Shown piece by piece: positions 37,170 to 50,398 of a stretch of DNA of 64,000 nucleotides. The stretch is from NCBI GenBank assembly GCA_951406725.2, contig OX597817.1, forward strand, positions 143,406,001 through 143,470,000. The letters are read 5' to 3'. The translations under genes and the position numbers were made by a program. The notes under the pieces are model-generated. The model saw only the letters and a list, made by a program, of their open reading frames with translations. It was not told the DNA's origin and ran no database searches. Every line of letters starts with the position of its first letter. The stretch's first letter is position 1. Source of the DNA: Octopus vulgaris. Its lineage: Eukaryota.

Positions 37170-39884
37170 TGTAATTTGATGGCTGTAGTCTCTTCTGAGT
37201 TCTGTCCTTCAATGGGTCTTGATTCATCCTACGTCATCGTTTCGTTTAACGTCCGCTTTCCATGCTAGCATGGGTTGAACGTTTGACTGAGGGCTGGCAA
37301 ACCAGATGGCTGCACCTGGCCTCAATCTTGATCTGGCAGAGTTTCTACAGCTGGATGCCCTTCCTAACGTCAACCACTCCAAGAGTGTAGTGGGTGCTTT
37401 TACGTGCCACCGGCACGGGGCCAGTCAGGCAGTGCTGGCAACGACCTTGCTTGAATCCTTTACACATGCCACTGGCACAGGTGCCAGTAAGGCGATGCTG
37501 GTAACGATCACGCTCGGGGGTATCCAAAAACCAGTCTACTCACCAAGCAGGCTTGTTGAGATGTCCAACCATACAACAGGTTCATCTGGGTTACATGCTA
37601 TCAGTAACACTAGAAAACAACCTGACATAGTAACATACGTACACAAATACCCACACACACCTGTGCAGGTGCCATGTATAAAGCACTGGTGCCACATGAA
37701 AAGCACCCAGTAAACTCTGCAAAATGGCTGGCATTAAGAAAGGCATCCAGCCATAGAAAACATGCCAGAACAGACAACTGGAGCCTGGTGTGTGGCTCCT
37801 GGCTTGGCTCAGCTCCTATAGAACCATCTAACCCATGTCAGCATGGAAAATGGGCATTAAATGATGACAACGACGACAACAATGATAAAAAGCAGTGTAA
37901 CAAACGAGCTAAATGAATTTTATTCAGGCCTGAGGTGCTGCTACAGAAAGGAAAGACCTTCACTTCTTCAGTAGTAATTGTTAAAAGAGATGATGGGTGG
38001 TTTGGACATTGACGGCCTCGATCTACTCTCAAACTCGAAATGGATGGCTCCTCTCCCCATTGGAGGCGGCCGTATATGGCAGCCATTGCGTCGTGATGTA
38101 TGCACAGTGCCAAGTGGGCCACTTTTGGTAAGCAGAACTGCTAAGTACTACAGGAAGGGACAGAGCTTCTGGGATAGGTAGCTAGTCTCTCAAATTCTTT
38201 TCACCTAAATGAACAATGTATCAAATAAAGGAAATGAGATGGAGAAGGAATCAGGAGAGAAGAGTCAAATAAGGGGAAAGAATCAGAGGAAAAGAGAAAG
38301 GAGACAAAAGAGAGAGAAAAAGGGAGGAAGATGATAAGATAGTATATGGACACAGAAGAGGGGGGCCAAGGGAGGAGGAGGAGGGGGAGAGTTATGGAAA
38401 GAGAAGGGCTGAGTAGGAAAGTGAAAAGGAAATAAAGGAAGAAGAATAAGAAGGGAAAGAAGAGAGGGTTTTGGACAGATAGTGCTAAAAGAGAAGCGTC
38501 TTTGCCCAGTGGTCAGCCTTGACAATAATGATCTACGGACAAAGACATTCAAATCATGACCATTCCTTCTTTACAGTTCCAGGAAGTGTATCTAGGAACA
38601 AAAGGCCCCAGTTGCATTATGTCGTTTTCTTCTTTAAAGCAGCAGAATGTGATTTGAGGGAGATATAACTGCTATTTCTAGCTGGTGGAGTGAATCAGAG
38701 AAACATCAAATGGCTGAAGAGAGGAGTGAGCAAAGGTAGGTCTTCTCTCAATGTTCAATTTGGTCTGATATCTTCAAAGTTTGGAAATAGTTCACAGGAA
38801 GATGATAATTATTTCCACAACTATCCCAGCAATCACAATCTAATTAGAGAGGATAATTAACAAAATGACAAGCTTGAAAGTATTACACACACACACAACC
38901 GTATGTGTATATATTCTGTAGTATACTTTGAAGCACTACATTTTACCAGATATTACAGTGTGTGTGTGTGTGTGTGCATGCGTGTGAGAGAGAGAGAAGT
39001 GTATGAGAGAGTAAGAGAGTGTGTGTGGAAGAGAGAGAGAGAGAGTGAGTATGTGTGTATGTGCATGTGTGTGTGCATGAGAGAGAGGAAGAGTGAGTGT
39101 GAGAGAGAGTGCGTGAGTTAGTGTGTGTGTGCATGCATGAGTATGCGAGTGTGTGTGTGCACGCTTGTGAGAAAGGAAGTGTGTGAGAGAGAGTGTATAT
39201 GAGAGTGTGCCTGTGTCTCAACACATGCAACAGTTGTAAACAAATGTCACTGTCACACAAGCAGTGTCAATTATTTCCAATATTCTGCAGAAACATGTCT
39301 GGCCATGGAGAAAAATCACCTTCCTTGGAAAACAGGTGCAGGTTGGTGATAGGAAGAGCATCCGACCATCCTCAATAAACTGTGTCTGTCCCATGCAAGC
39401 ATGGGAAAGTGGACATTAAATGCTAACAACAATATATACATATAAAAAGTGTGACAGGCATTAGAATGGCTAGAGAACTGTAAAGAATATGATGCCCTGT
39501 TTATATCCCCCTCCTCCAAAATTTGCGTCTTTGCACCTCCCTTGGAAATCATCATCATCATCATTATTGTTGTTCAACATTTGGCAGTTTCAGGCAAATT
39601 TCCACTGTTTCACCCGTTCCACCTCTGTTTTGCTGGGGAGTGTGCAGTATTACATGTTTTTTTCCAGTTGTTGGGAGTGTGCTAAATCTTCCTGATGTTC
39701 TATTGTGTCAGTTTTTTTTTTTTTCTCATGAGGTGTGGTGCAGTCTTTTGTTGTATTACTGTTCGTATTGTGCACTGAGTATGTAATGTGTTGGTTATCT
39801 GACTTGGTGGTGGAAGTTTATTTCACTGGACAATTGCTGTATAGAGAGTGTCATGTGTTTTATTATTAATAATAATAGTAATAA

Positions 39885-40530
39885 GAGGGCAAGCTGCCAG
39901 AATTGTTAAAACACTTGCAGAAATGCTTAGAGGCATTTCGTCTGCCACTATGTGTTGAGTTCAAATTCCACCAAGGTTGAATTTGCCTTTCATCCTTTCA
40001 GGGTACACAACTAGTACTTAATTTATTAAGTACCAGTTGCGTACTGGGGTCAATGTAATCAATTATCCCTCTCCCCCAAATTTCAGGCCTTGTGCCTATA
40101 GTAGAAAGGATTATTATTATTATTAAGGCGGCGACCTGGCAGAAACGTTAGCACGCCGGCCGAAATGTGTAGTCGTATTTCGTCTGCCATTACGTTCTGA
40201 GTTCAAATTCCGCCAAGATCGACTTTGTCTTTCATCCTTTCAGGGATCAATAAATTAAGTACCAGTTACGCACTGGAGTCAATGTAATCGACTTAATCCC
40301 TTTGTCTGTCCTTGTTTGTCCTCTCTGTGTTTAGCCCCTTGTGGGTAGTAAAGAAATAGGTATTTTGTCTGCTGTTATGTTCTGAGTTCAAATTCCACCA
40401 GGGGCAACTTTGCCTTTCACTCTTTCAGGGTCAATGAAATAAGTACCAGTTATGCACTGGGGTCAATATAATCAACTAGACCCCTTCTCCAAAATTTTTC
40501 AGGGCCTTGTGCCTATAGTAGAAAGGGTTA

Positions 40531-40570
<40 letters not shown>

Positions 40571-40775
40571 CATCATTTGGCAAGCCAGCAGAATCATTTG
40601 CATGCTAGACAAAATGCTTAGCAGTATTTTGTCTACTGCTACGTGCCAAAGTCAACTTTGCCTTTCATCTTTTTGGGGTCGATAAATTAAGTACCAGTTG
40701 CATACTGGGGATCAATCTAATTGACTATCTCCCCTCCCCCAAATTTCAGGCCTTATGCTTGTAGTAGAAAGGATT
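39885..40775 (+). mobile_element. Cluster of family C SINEs separated by (ATT)n tails
   Basis: Repeated ctggcagaa..gttagcac...ttctgagttcaaattcc...gactttgcctttcatcctttcggggtcgataaattaagtaccag. Other copies include 8547-8760, 9512-9710, 20403-20635, 35081-35305(-), 35605-35813, 41258-41470, 45290-45500(-), 47491-47708, 53198-53432(-), 57853-58478 and 61325-61670(-). Confidence 0.85.
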
Positions 40776-40796
40776 ATTATTATTATTATTATTATT

Positions 40797-41228
40797 GAGT
40801 GAACGAGCAGAGCATGCCATCAAAGTGACACTGGGGTAAAATATACGAAGCCCAGTATATCCATCATGACTACCCGTCTGATAAGGGTACACCAGGCACA
40901 TGCATCACAACCATATGTGCGCGACATGGTGATCTCATATCAAGATAAACAGCACATGACCTTGCAGGTGGGGCCCAGTTAGAATTTTCTTCAGATCGAG
41001 TAACCCATCCCGCTCAAAAGGTCCCTGAATAAGGGTTGTTTAAGGACGTTGAACGAAACACCCATGTTTCCAGAGGTGAATTATTCAAACCCCAAAGAAT
41101 CCTTCTCAACACATGGCTATGATGCTCCCCCACTACTTCTGCTCGTGATCAGAGATGCACATTTCGTCAGCCACTAAGGGACATGCTCAACTGGTTACGG
41201 TCAAACAACTGACAAGCAAATCTGTGGT
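40797..41228. mobile_element. ~430-bp GC-richer element inserted in an (ATT)n microsatellite
   Basis: There is a sharp compositional boundary with (ATT)n on both sides and no ORF. It resembles a non-LTR element UTR or a non-autonomous derivative. Confidence 0.55.
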
Positions 41229-41466
41229 AATTATTATTATTATTATTATTATTATTAAGCAAGCTGGCACTATCGTTAGTACGCCAGGCAAAATGCTTAG
41301 TGGTATTTCACCCAGCACTACATTCTGAGTTCAAATTCCACTAAGGTCAACTTTGCCTTTCATCCTTTCGGGGTCAATAAATTAAGTACCAGTGAAACGC
41401 TGGAGTCAATGCAATCGACTAGTCCCCTCCTCACAAATTTGAGGCTTTGTGCCTCCAGCAGAAAGG

Positions 41467-41518
<52 letters not shown>

Positions 41519-42091
41519 GGCACTAATGTGTCATCAAATTTTAAAACTAAGAGTAATGATGATATTTTTGCCAAATGATGAGCTGTTGGTTTCTGTAATC
41601 ACAATTACATAAAAAAATGAAACAAGATTATAACGAAATGGAATGTAAGTTATGAATCAACCCTTCAATTCCTTTTTCATTCATGCACAGGATCTGGCAA
41701 ACCCACAGGACTGCATCGACCTCGAATGTCAAAATCTGCCATGGTTTCTATGGCTGAATACCTATCCCAATACTAAACCACTTAACAGAGTTATGAGGTG
41801 CATATTTTTATGAAATCAGTACTAATGAGGTCATCAGCAAGGTCACGTGTGTGGGGGGGGGTATACATTGAAATACTAATTCAATTGACCCAATGGATTT
41901 ATGGAGAACTCCTCATCACAACTATATTTCCGACACACACACACACACACATACACACACACAAACATAGAGACAGCCACATGGTTCCTGGTTCAGTCAC
42001 ACTGCATGGCACCTTTGGCAAGTGTCTTCTGCTATAGCCTTGTGAGTGGATTTGATAGACGGAAACTGAAAGAAGCCCGTTGTGTATGTGT

Positions 42092-42128
<37 letters not shown>

Positions 42129-42715
42129 CATAAGTATGTGTATATGTTTGTGTGTCAGTGTTTGTCCCCCCAACATAACTTGACAACCAGTGCTGGTATG
42201 TTTGCGTCTCCGTAACTTAGCAGTTCGGTAAAAGAGTACCGATAGAATTACTAGGCTTACAAAGAATAAGTCCTGGGGTCGATTTGCTCAACTAAAGGCA
42301 GTGTTCCAGCATGGCCGTAGTCAAATGACAAACAAATAAAAGAAAAACAGAAAGGTATACAACATATCTCTCACATCCCAATAATTTTTCCTTGATCCAC
42401 ACTCTTCCAAACAAACGCACCGATTAAGCGGCAGCAGGTATAGCCATGAGTTAATTTCGTTAATCCCTCGGGCTAATAAAGATAAAACAGTTTTTGCAAA
42501 GAAAAAAATATTCATGAAACACACTTCATTCTGCTCACACATGGATGACAACCGATCAAGTCAGTTTATTTAGTCGTTAGTGTGTAAAGGTTGCTGAACT
42601 CAAAGTGTGCATTTTAGAGAGGATAGTGGACGAGGAAGGGCTGGCCTCCAGATAAAAAGGACTGATTAATTAGACCAAGGCTGAGATTACAAAAAGAATA
42701 CACACACACATACAT

Positions 42716-42754
<39 letters not shown>

Positions 42755-43099
42755 AACACATACACACACATATACAAATAAGTAATCCTGTTCTGGAGTC
42801 TAGGTTGTTTGAACATGACAGTCAACCAGTACTAACTTAACTAAATAAGAATGGGTTAGGAAGAACACACACACACGTCATTTTAACGTTCACGCTTTGA
42901 AGCTCACAAAATCTGTTGTGGCAAGTTTTCTACACCTGGATGACCTCCCTGTCTCCAACTCTCAGCTTCTTCTAAATAAGTGGGGAATATTTCTCCATGA
43001 CTAGACATGTTTCAGCCTAAGACTGGAAACAAAGGACACCAGTTGCATAACAGTGACACTCATTTACAACAATCACCCGATATCAAGGCAAGAAAACAC

Positions 43100-43139
<40 letters not shown>

Positions 43140-43335
43140 TTAGAAATATGTTTCTATAACCGGCTGTGCAGCCAGCACCCAGATCTATGGCTGTAGCATG
43201 GTGCCAGCCAGGCAGAGGATAACATGGTGATGGAATGGCATGGTAAGTAGAGCCATAAATGCTTAAGACAGGCCTGGAAAGGTTGAAAAAAAGTGGTAGT
43301 CGTGGTGGAGCGGGAGAAGTACAATATTGGCTAAC

Positions 43336-43770
43336 TCTGTGGTTCTTAACCATTTTTTGTCTGTAGATCCCTTTGATTGCTATTTTATTCATAACTGATG
43401 TTTAAAAAATCCTCTTACATTTTTATAATTAAATACTAGCAGAAATACCTATTTCTTTACTATCCACAAGGGGATAAACACAGAAGGGACAAACAAGGAC
43501 AGACAAATGGATTAAGTCGATTATATCGATCCCAGTGCGTAACTTGTACTTATTTAATCGACCCCAAAAGGATGAAAGGCAAAGTCAACCTCGATGGTAT
43601 TTGAACTCAGAACGTAGCGGCAGATGAAATACCGCTAAGCATTTCGCCGCCTTAATACTAGCAGAGATACCACAGTACCACTCCTGCACCTAATTGTACA
43701 TGATTTTTAATAACAAATTCTTAAATGGACCCCGAAGGGTCATACAGGACCCCAGCTGAGAAAAGATAGG
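43336..43770. mobile_element. Decayed hAT-type MITE interrupted by a family C SINE
   Basis: ctgtggttcttaacc...ggaccccagctgagaa. The inserted SINE (~43443-43652) is flanked by the duplicated aatactagcaga. Related MITE pieces lie at ~14520-14650 and ~14796-15046. Confidence 0.55.
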
Positions 43771-44065
43771 CATCAGACATGATTAACAGGGAGAGGAGCA
43801 GAAATGAAGAATTTCGTCACAGTCCTGCAAAATGAAATGAGGAATGTGAGCAGTCCTAGATTGCAAAGCAAAATAAATGCCAGTGTGGACATGTGAGAGA
43901 GAAAGACCAAAGAAGACATAGGAAGAAGTGGTGGCAGTTGATATTGGGAGGCTGAACCTCAAGAAGGACATTACAAAGGAGCTAAAAGAAGCGTTGAGAT
44001 AATGCAGTGAAGGAGACATGTCCAACCCAGTGTTTGAATTGGAAAATGGAAATGAAGGTGATATA

Positions 44066-44100
<35 letters not shown>

Positions 44101-44240
44101 GTATACATACATGTATATAGTTTTGTATTGGCATTATAACCCTACCAAGATACAGCAATATATATTTTTTTTATTCTTTTACTTGTTTCGGTCATTTGAC
44201 TGTGGCAATGCTGGAGCAGCACCTTTAGAACAAATGGAAT

Positions 44241-44359
44241 GCTTACAGCACCTAGGTTTCCCAAGCGGTCACCCATCTAAGTACTAACTAGGCTCGATGT
44301 TGCTTAACTTCGGTGATCGGATGAGAACAGGTGCTTTCAACATGATATGGCCGTTAAGC
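44241..44359 (-). pseudogene. Dispersed full-length 5S rRNA copy (probably retroposed), fused to a SINE tail
   Basis: The minus strand reads GCTTAACGGCCATATCATGTTGAAAGCACCTGTTCTCATCCGATCACCGAAGTTAAGCAACATCGAGCCTAGTTAGTACTTAGATGGGTGACCGCTTGGGAAACCTAGGTGCTGTAAGC (119 nt), a recognisable metazoan 5S with box A and box C. It carries several CpG-type changes, is a single copy here and has no oligo-T terminator. Confidence 0.9.
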
Positions 44360-44562
44360 TATATATCTTCAAAAGCAAACATGAAATGACAAGTGACACA
44401 CACACACAGATAATGGGTAACCCTGGGATGGACTGGCATTTCATTCAGAGGAAATGTTGGCCTACCCAGCAGGGTGGTATCATTCAAAAGCTACAACAAT
44501 GCAAGGAAGCGCATTGTGACTAGTGGTGAACAACAACAACTAAGAGTCTGGTCAATACAGTG

Positions 44563-44597
<35 letters not shown>

Positions 44598-44613
44598 GTG
44601 TATGTGTGTGTGT

Positions 44614-44911
44614 GGAGGCACAATGGCCCAGTGGTTAGGGCAGCGAACTCGCAGTCGTAGGATCGCGGTTTCAATTCCCAGAACAGGCGTTGTGAGTGTT
44701 TATTGAGTGAAAACAGCTAAAGCTCCACGAGGCTCCAGCAGGGGGTGGTGGTGATCCCTGCTGTACACTTTCGCCACAACTTTCTCTCACTCTTTCTTCT
44801 GTTGGCCTGCTTGCTTAGCCAGCGGGGTGGCGTCATTTGAAGGCTAAAACAATGCGAAACACATTGTGACTAGCGATGTGTAGCAACATCTGATAGCCTG
44901 ATCGGTCACGA

Positions 44912-44914
<3 letters not shown>
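44614..44914 (+). mobile_element. SINE family E (tRNA-derived head)
   Basis: ggaggcacaatggcccagtggttagggcagcgaactcgcagtcgtaggatcgcggtttcaattccc (A and B boxes). The tail gaaggctaaaacaatgcg...cattgtgactag is also present at ~44465-44565. Confidence 0.7.
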
Positions 44915-44964
<50 letters not shown>

Positions 44965-45699
44965 ACACACACACACACACATATACAAGTTGGTGAACAA
45001 ATGAACAAAAGTAACGTACAACACACACAGAGTTGGAATCGTGTTTATCGAGTAAGCAGTTGACTAGCATCCTCATCTTACTTAATTTCATAGATATGAA
45101 AAGACATCCATCTATTCTTGCTTCCAAATGTCCAAAGACATGGGCGCCTTTTGTATCAACGAAACTTTTAAGTAACATGAGGAGCTAAATCAACCCATAA
45201 ATCAATCATTCAAGACAGGTACAGATGTGTGTGTGTGTGTGTGTGTGTGCGTGTATGCGTATTTATATAATAATGCACATGAATATTAATAATAATAATG
45301 GTTTCAAATTTTGCCACAAGGCCGGCAATTTTGGGGGAGGAGGTAAGTTGATTACATCTGCCCCAGTGCTGAACTGGTATTTGTTTAACTGACCGCTGAA
45401 AGGATGGAAGGCAAAGTCGACCTTGACAGAATTTGAAGATGAGTGAAATACCACTAAGCACTTTATCCAGTGTGCTAGCAATTCTGCTAGCTCAGCGCCA
45501 TAATAATAATAATAATAATAATGATAATAATAATAATAGTAATAATAATGATGTCTTTTACTTGCCACCATGGCAAAAGACAAGGGGACAAAACATTGAC
45601 AGACATAAAGTGTTGGGGTTTACATATGGAATGATAAAATAAAAACTATTCATGGTATACATTAGAAGAAGGGAAATATACATAGTATATGATACTAGA

Positions 45700-46572
45700 A
45701 AAAAAAAAGTGATCATGATGGGATCCCCCTGGTTCAGGAGGACCGCTAGGGATAATCAAGGAACCCCACCATCTAAGATCACGCTGAGTACCAAGGATGA
45801 GAACCTACTCCAATTTCTTTCTTCCAACTCACATGTCTACACTGAGAGTGGTACCATCCACTCTTACCATTTTCGCAACTTTCAACCACCTTTCAATATA
45901 CTCACTCACGAACAGTACTTCCCTCTCCACCCTCAATTTCCTTTTCAAGTGAAACTTGAAAAAAAAAAAAATCGATGAGGGCTTTACCAAAGAGGGCAGT
46001 TTCTGTCCTCATTCCTTTCAGCTCAAAAGAGGTTATCCACCAGATAACCTCTTTTGCCACAGCCACCAGACAAAGGAAAACTGCCTTTGCCTGCCCGATT
46101 AAAGGAGGGTGGCTGGGCAATCATCATTATGGACTTGAACAACAGAGGGATCTGTCCAAAAAACGTGACAGCAGCTGTTCGACATAACTCCACAAGTCAG
46201 CAATGCTCAGACACTGAAAGAATGCATGCAGAACAGTTCCTTTGCTCTGCGAGCATCTCAGACAAGCCCGTCCGACAGCACATCCATGCCAGTAGAGTTT
46301 ATCTCAAACCAGTAGCACTGTCAGGCCAAAGACATCTGAAAATTATCTGAAAAGTCCTCCAGAATAGACTCGCCAGTTCATCTTCATCGACGCCTAGGGT
46401 CTCCTCGAGGGCATCATCACACTTCTCCACTACCAATCCGCTTTAAATCTGCGAAGTGGAACATCCACCAATCCTATTGCTCGGCTTGTAGAGAGCAGTG
46501 AGCGCCTGACAACATTCTAAGTGCCAGGCGCCTAGTCTCAGCCTATCCTTTACCCAGGACTGTCGGGGAGAA
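45700..46572 (-). mobile_element. 3' fragment of an L1/Tx1-clade LINE ORF2 (zf-RVT region)
   Basis: Minus-strand RACLRCSQSKGTVLHAFFQCLSIADLWSYVEQLLSR (CxxC-x7-H-x4-C, ~46165-46272), followed by KAVFLCLVAVAKEVIWW...KALIDFF. The frame is broken. Confidence 0.75.
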
Positions 46573-47230
46573 CAATAAAAATATGAATGAAGGTAGAGGT
46601 CATCATCATCATCATTTAACGTCCGTTTTCCATGCTAGCATGGGTTGGACGGTTCGACTGGGGTCTGGGAAGCCAGAAGGCTGCACCAGGCTCCAGTCTG
46701 ATCTGGCAGTGTTTCTACAGCTGGATGCCCTTCCTAACGCCAACCACTCCGTGAGTGTAGTGGGTGCTTTTTACATGCCACCGGCACAGGTGCCAGGGGA
46801 GGCCACAATTGGTTGGTGCTTTTTATGTGCCACCGAGGAAGAAAAATTGCTGATGGAGACAAAACACAAAAACAAGTTTTTATAGAATTGAAATGTGTTG
46901 TATGTGCGAAAAAATAAAATAAAAAAAAAACGAAAAACAAACAGCATTGTGAATTGTTTACTTTCTGTATAGTTGTAATGGAAGTCAACATTACACTGGC
47001 AAAGCAACGAGAGCATCTACACAAACTGAACACCACCACCACCTGCAGCAGCAGCGACAACAAGCTCAATAAGTGCTTTTACTACCATTAGCACTTTATC
47101 TTGGTTATAGAAGCAATTTAACTTAGCGTTGCTAATGCACAAGAAGATAAAGGTAGGATAATCAGTCACATCCACCCAGAATTTAAAATCTGACGTGTTG
47201 TGCTTATTTAAGAAATTATTCCATTACCGC

Positions 47231-47264
<34 letters not shown>

Positions 47265-48426
47265 ATTATCATTTAGATAGTGTTTACCTGTGCTTTTATG
47301 ATTATTAATGGTGTTTAAGCTGTGACCACGCTGTCTCTTTTATTGAGACATGATGTATCTTGAACTATATTACCTGATGTGTTCTTTGTTTGTTTTTTTT
47401 TGTTTCAGTTGACAAAATTTGAATGACATTTGGTTGTTAAGGTTGGACAACTATGTAGAGGCTTTGCTAACAATAATTATTATTATTATTAAGGTGGTGA
47501 GATGGCAGAATCGTTAGCATGCTGGGCAAGACAGTTAGCCGCATTTCGTCCATCTTTACATTCTGAGTTCAAATTCTGCTGAGGTTGACTTTGCCTTTCA
47601 TCCTTTCGGGGTTGATAAAATAAGTACCAGTTGAATACTGAGGTTGATGTAATCGACTCATCCCCTGCCCCAAAATTGCTGCCCTTGTAACAGAATTTCA
47701 AACCATTATTCATCATCATCATCATCATCGTTTAACGTCCACCTTCCATGCTAGCATGAGTGTGATGGTTTCACAAGAGCCAGCCACGCAGAAGCCCGCA
47801 CCAGACTTCTGTAACTGTTCTCTCACTCTTTCTCACACTCCAGCCAGGTAACTTTGTACTTCCTCAACAGCAAGACACCTGGTTCTGTCTCATAACCTTT
47901 CATTTCATCATCCGACACAAGATCACCTGGCTCAAGTGGGACTGAACCTGGAACCATGTGGTTGGAAAGCAAACTTCTTACTGCACATCCACACCTTTTT
48001 GTCACATTATAGCATGTCTGTAGTTTGGTATCCTGAACTAGATTATTCCATTTTAATCCTTCCCAAACTTGGGAAACCAGTCCAAGTATGTGACAGACTT
48101 AATAAACCTGAGACAGAGATTCTTAAGCAATGATAATTCATTGTTGTCTTAACCTATCTCTTTCGGTTCTTTCATTCTTCAACCCAATTCATTTAACCCA
48201 GACTATTATTTGCTGTTTTTTTTTATTTTTCATTCCTCTCATTCCTTCCTTCATTCAGTTTCATCAGTGGACAATAGTTTGTTTTTGCTTTTTTTTTCCC
48301 CTTTTTTTTTTTTTTTTTGCCATTCATTTGACATGTTCTTCATATGCGGAACTTTCCACTAGAAGAATAAAATTAACAACACTAACAGAATCAAGGATAA
48401 TAGTATCAGTGACGACGATGATGATG

Positions 48427-48462
<36 letters not shown>

Positions 48463-48614
48463 TAATAACAATGATGATGAGAAACAAAAGGAACGCAGTG
48501 GCCATTATAGTGACTTCCAATTGTATTTCAAAAGAGATTGCTAAGCTGTTGCCAAATGAAAGAAAATACGGTCGGTGATTAATAAAGATAAAAGAATATT
48601 GAAAAGGAAAAAAA

Positions 48615-48651
<37 letters not shown>

Positions 48652-49215
48652 GGCAACAAAGCATGATGCAGACATGAATCTCCACCACTCCATCTCGATC
48701 CTCTTTCACCTCCTCCCCTCCCTCCCTCCCTCCTTCCTCTACTCCTCTCTTCCATCTCGTTCTCTGCATCTAATTTGGGTTAAACAGATAAAAACCACCA
48801 CCGTGATTCCAAACTATACCACAACAATTTGTCCATTATATGTAACAAAAGATATTGGAATATCATTTTGTTTAATTTTCTCTCTCTCTCTCTCTCTCAC
48901 TCTCGCAATTGTTTTATCTTCTCGTTATTGTTTCCCATTGTTTTAGTTTGTTTGTTTTTCAAGTGATCCTCGGAAGATAATATCAACTGAGTAACACAAA
49001 GCTGTCCAAAAACAGTAATCTTATTGTTTCCTAAGTCAAAAAAGCATATGGCCAAGTGGTTAGGAACGTTCAGTTTGCGATTATTAGATCATGCGTTCAA
49101 TTTCTGGACTCAGCAGTGCAATACAAAACTGAAACAAATACCAGCTCATTCCATCTGATACTCTACAAACTCTACCAAACCATCAATCCGCCCGTCAACT
49201 AAACCATTTATTCAT

Positions 49216-49863
49216 TAACCCTTTAGCATTCATACTGTAGTCGTGGCCGATACCAGTGCCGCCTGACTGGCACCCATGCTGGTGGCATGTAATAAGCACC
49301 ATTCAAGCATGGGTCAATGCCTGTGCTCCCTGAATGGCTCCCGTGTCAGTGGCACATAAAAAGTACCATCCGAACGTGGTCAATGCCAATGCCCTTAACT
49401 GGCTCATGTGCCGGTGGCACATAAACAGCACCATCCAAACATGGTCAATGCCAGTGTCGCCTGACTGGCTCCCATGCCAGTGGCACATAAAAAGCATCCA
49501 CTACACTCTCGGAGTGGTTGGCATTAGGAAGGGCATCCGGCTGTAGAAACACTGCCAGATCAGATTGGAGCCTGGTGCAGCCTACTGGCTTGCCAGTCCT
49601 CAGTCAAACTGTCCAACCCATACCAGCATGGAAAGCAGAGGTGAAACAATGATGATGATTGCTCTAGCAAATGTAAAGCTTATTTATTCCCATTGTTTTG
49701 AATTAATTATACATTATCTTGTAGCTTTCAGATTTTGATGACATGACTATTTTTTAGAATGACATTGTAGGGTAGGTGTGAGAGGCCAGATCTGGCTGAT
49801 TTGAACACAAAACAGGAAGAATATTTGGGCCAGCTATGGTTGGTTTAAATGCCAAAGGGTTAA
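49216..49863. mobile_element. TTAA-flanked (piggyBac-like) MITE with a nested family B element
   Basis: ttaaccctttagcatt ... aatgccaaagggttaa. An uninterrupted relative lies at ~34070-34291 and a split relative at ~11624-12292. Confidence 0.65.
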
Positions 49864-49914
49864 ATTAATGGGTAAGTAGCCAAGTATTCCACAAGCACAT
49901 ATATCCTTAACATA

Positions 49915-50398
49915 ATTCGATTCAAAATCGAAATCAAATTCGATGACTGGCATCCGTGCAAGTGGAGTGCTAAGAGAACCATACGTTGGTAATAAGAGAA
50001 CCATATGAGCAACAAGCTGGCCTCCGTGCCAGTGGCACTTAAAAACCACCATTCGAGCGTGATTGTTACCTTACTGGCACTTGTGCTGGTGGCACATGAA
50101 AAAGCATTCGAGCGAGGTCATTGTCAGTACCGCTGGACTGGCTCTTGTGCCGGTGGCACATACAAAGCACCATTTGAGTATGGCTGTTGCCACTACGGCC
50201 TGACTGGCCCTCATACCGGTGGCACGTAAAAGCACCCACTACACTCTCAGAGTGGTTGGCGTTGGGAAGGGCATCCAGCTGTAGAAACTCTGCCAGATCA
50301 GATTGGAGCCTGGTGCAGCCATCTGGCTTGCCAGACCTCAGTCAAATCGTCCAACCCATGCTAGCATGGAAAGCGGGCGTCAAACGATGATGATGATA
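49915..50398 (+). mobile_element. Retroposon family B ((GAT)n-tailed, internal GTGCC(A/G)GTGGCAC repeats), representative
   Basis: Repeated ~65-bp gtgccagtggcac...aaagcacc units, then ctcggagtggttggcgttaggaagggcatccagctgtagaaac...aacccatgctagcatggaaagc...(GAT)n. Other copies include 4416-4612(-), 6110-6335(+), 6345-6590(-), 6614-6886(-), 20185-20372(-), 22795-23152(+), 23803-24005(+), 32880-33245(+), 37233-37515(-), 37665-37885(+), 46600-46835(-) and 49240-49660(+). Confidence 0.8.

Noticed and set aside
37306-37713. Recurrent ORF peptides such as FLQLDALPN, SVYQIHSQGFG and LSEWLALGRASSC
   Set aside because: They recur because they are translations of non-coding SINE consensus sequence, not a protein family.
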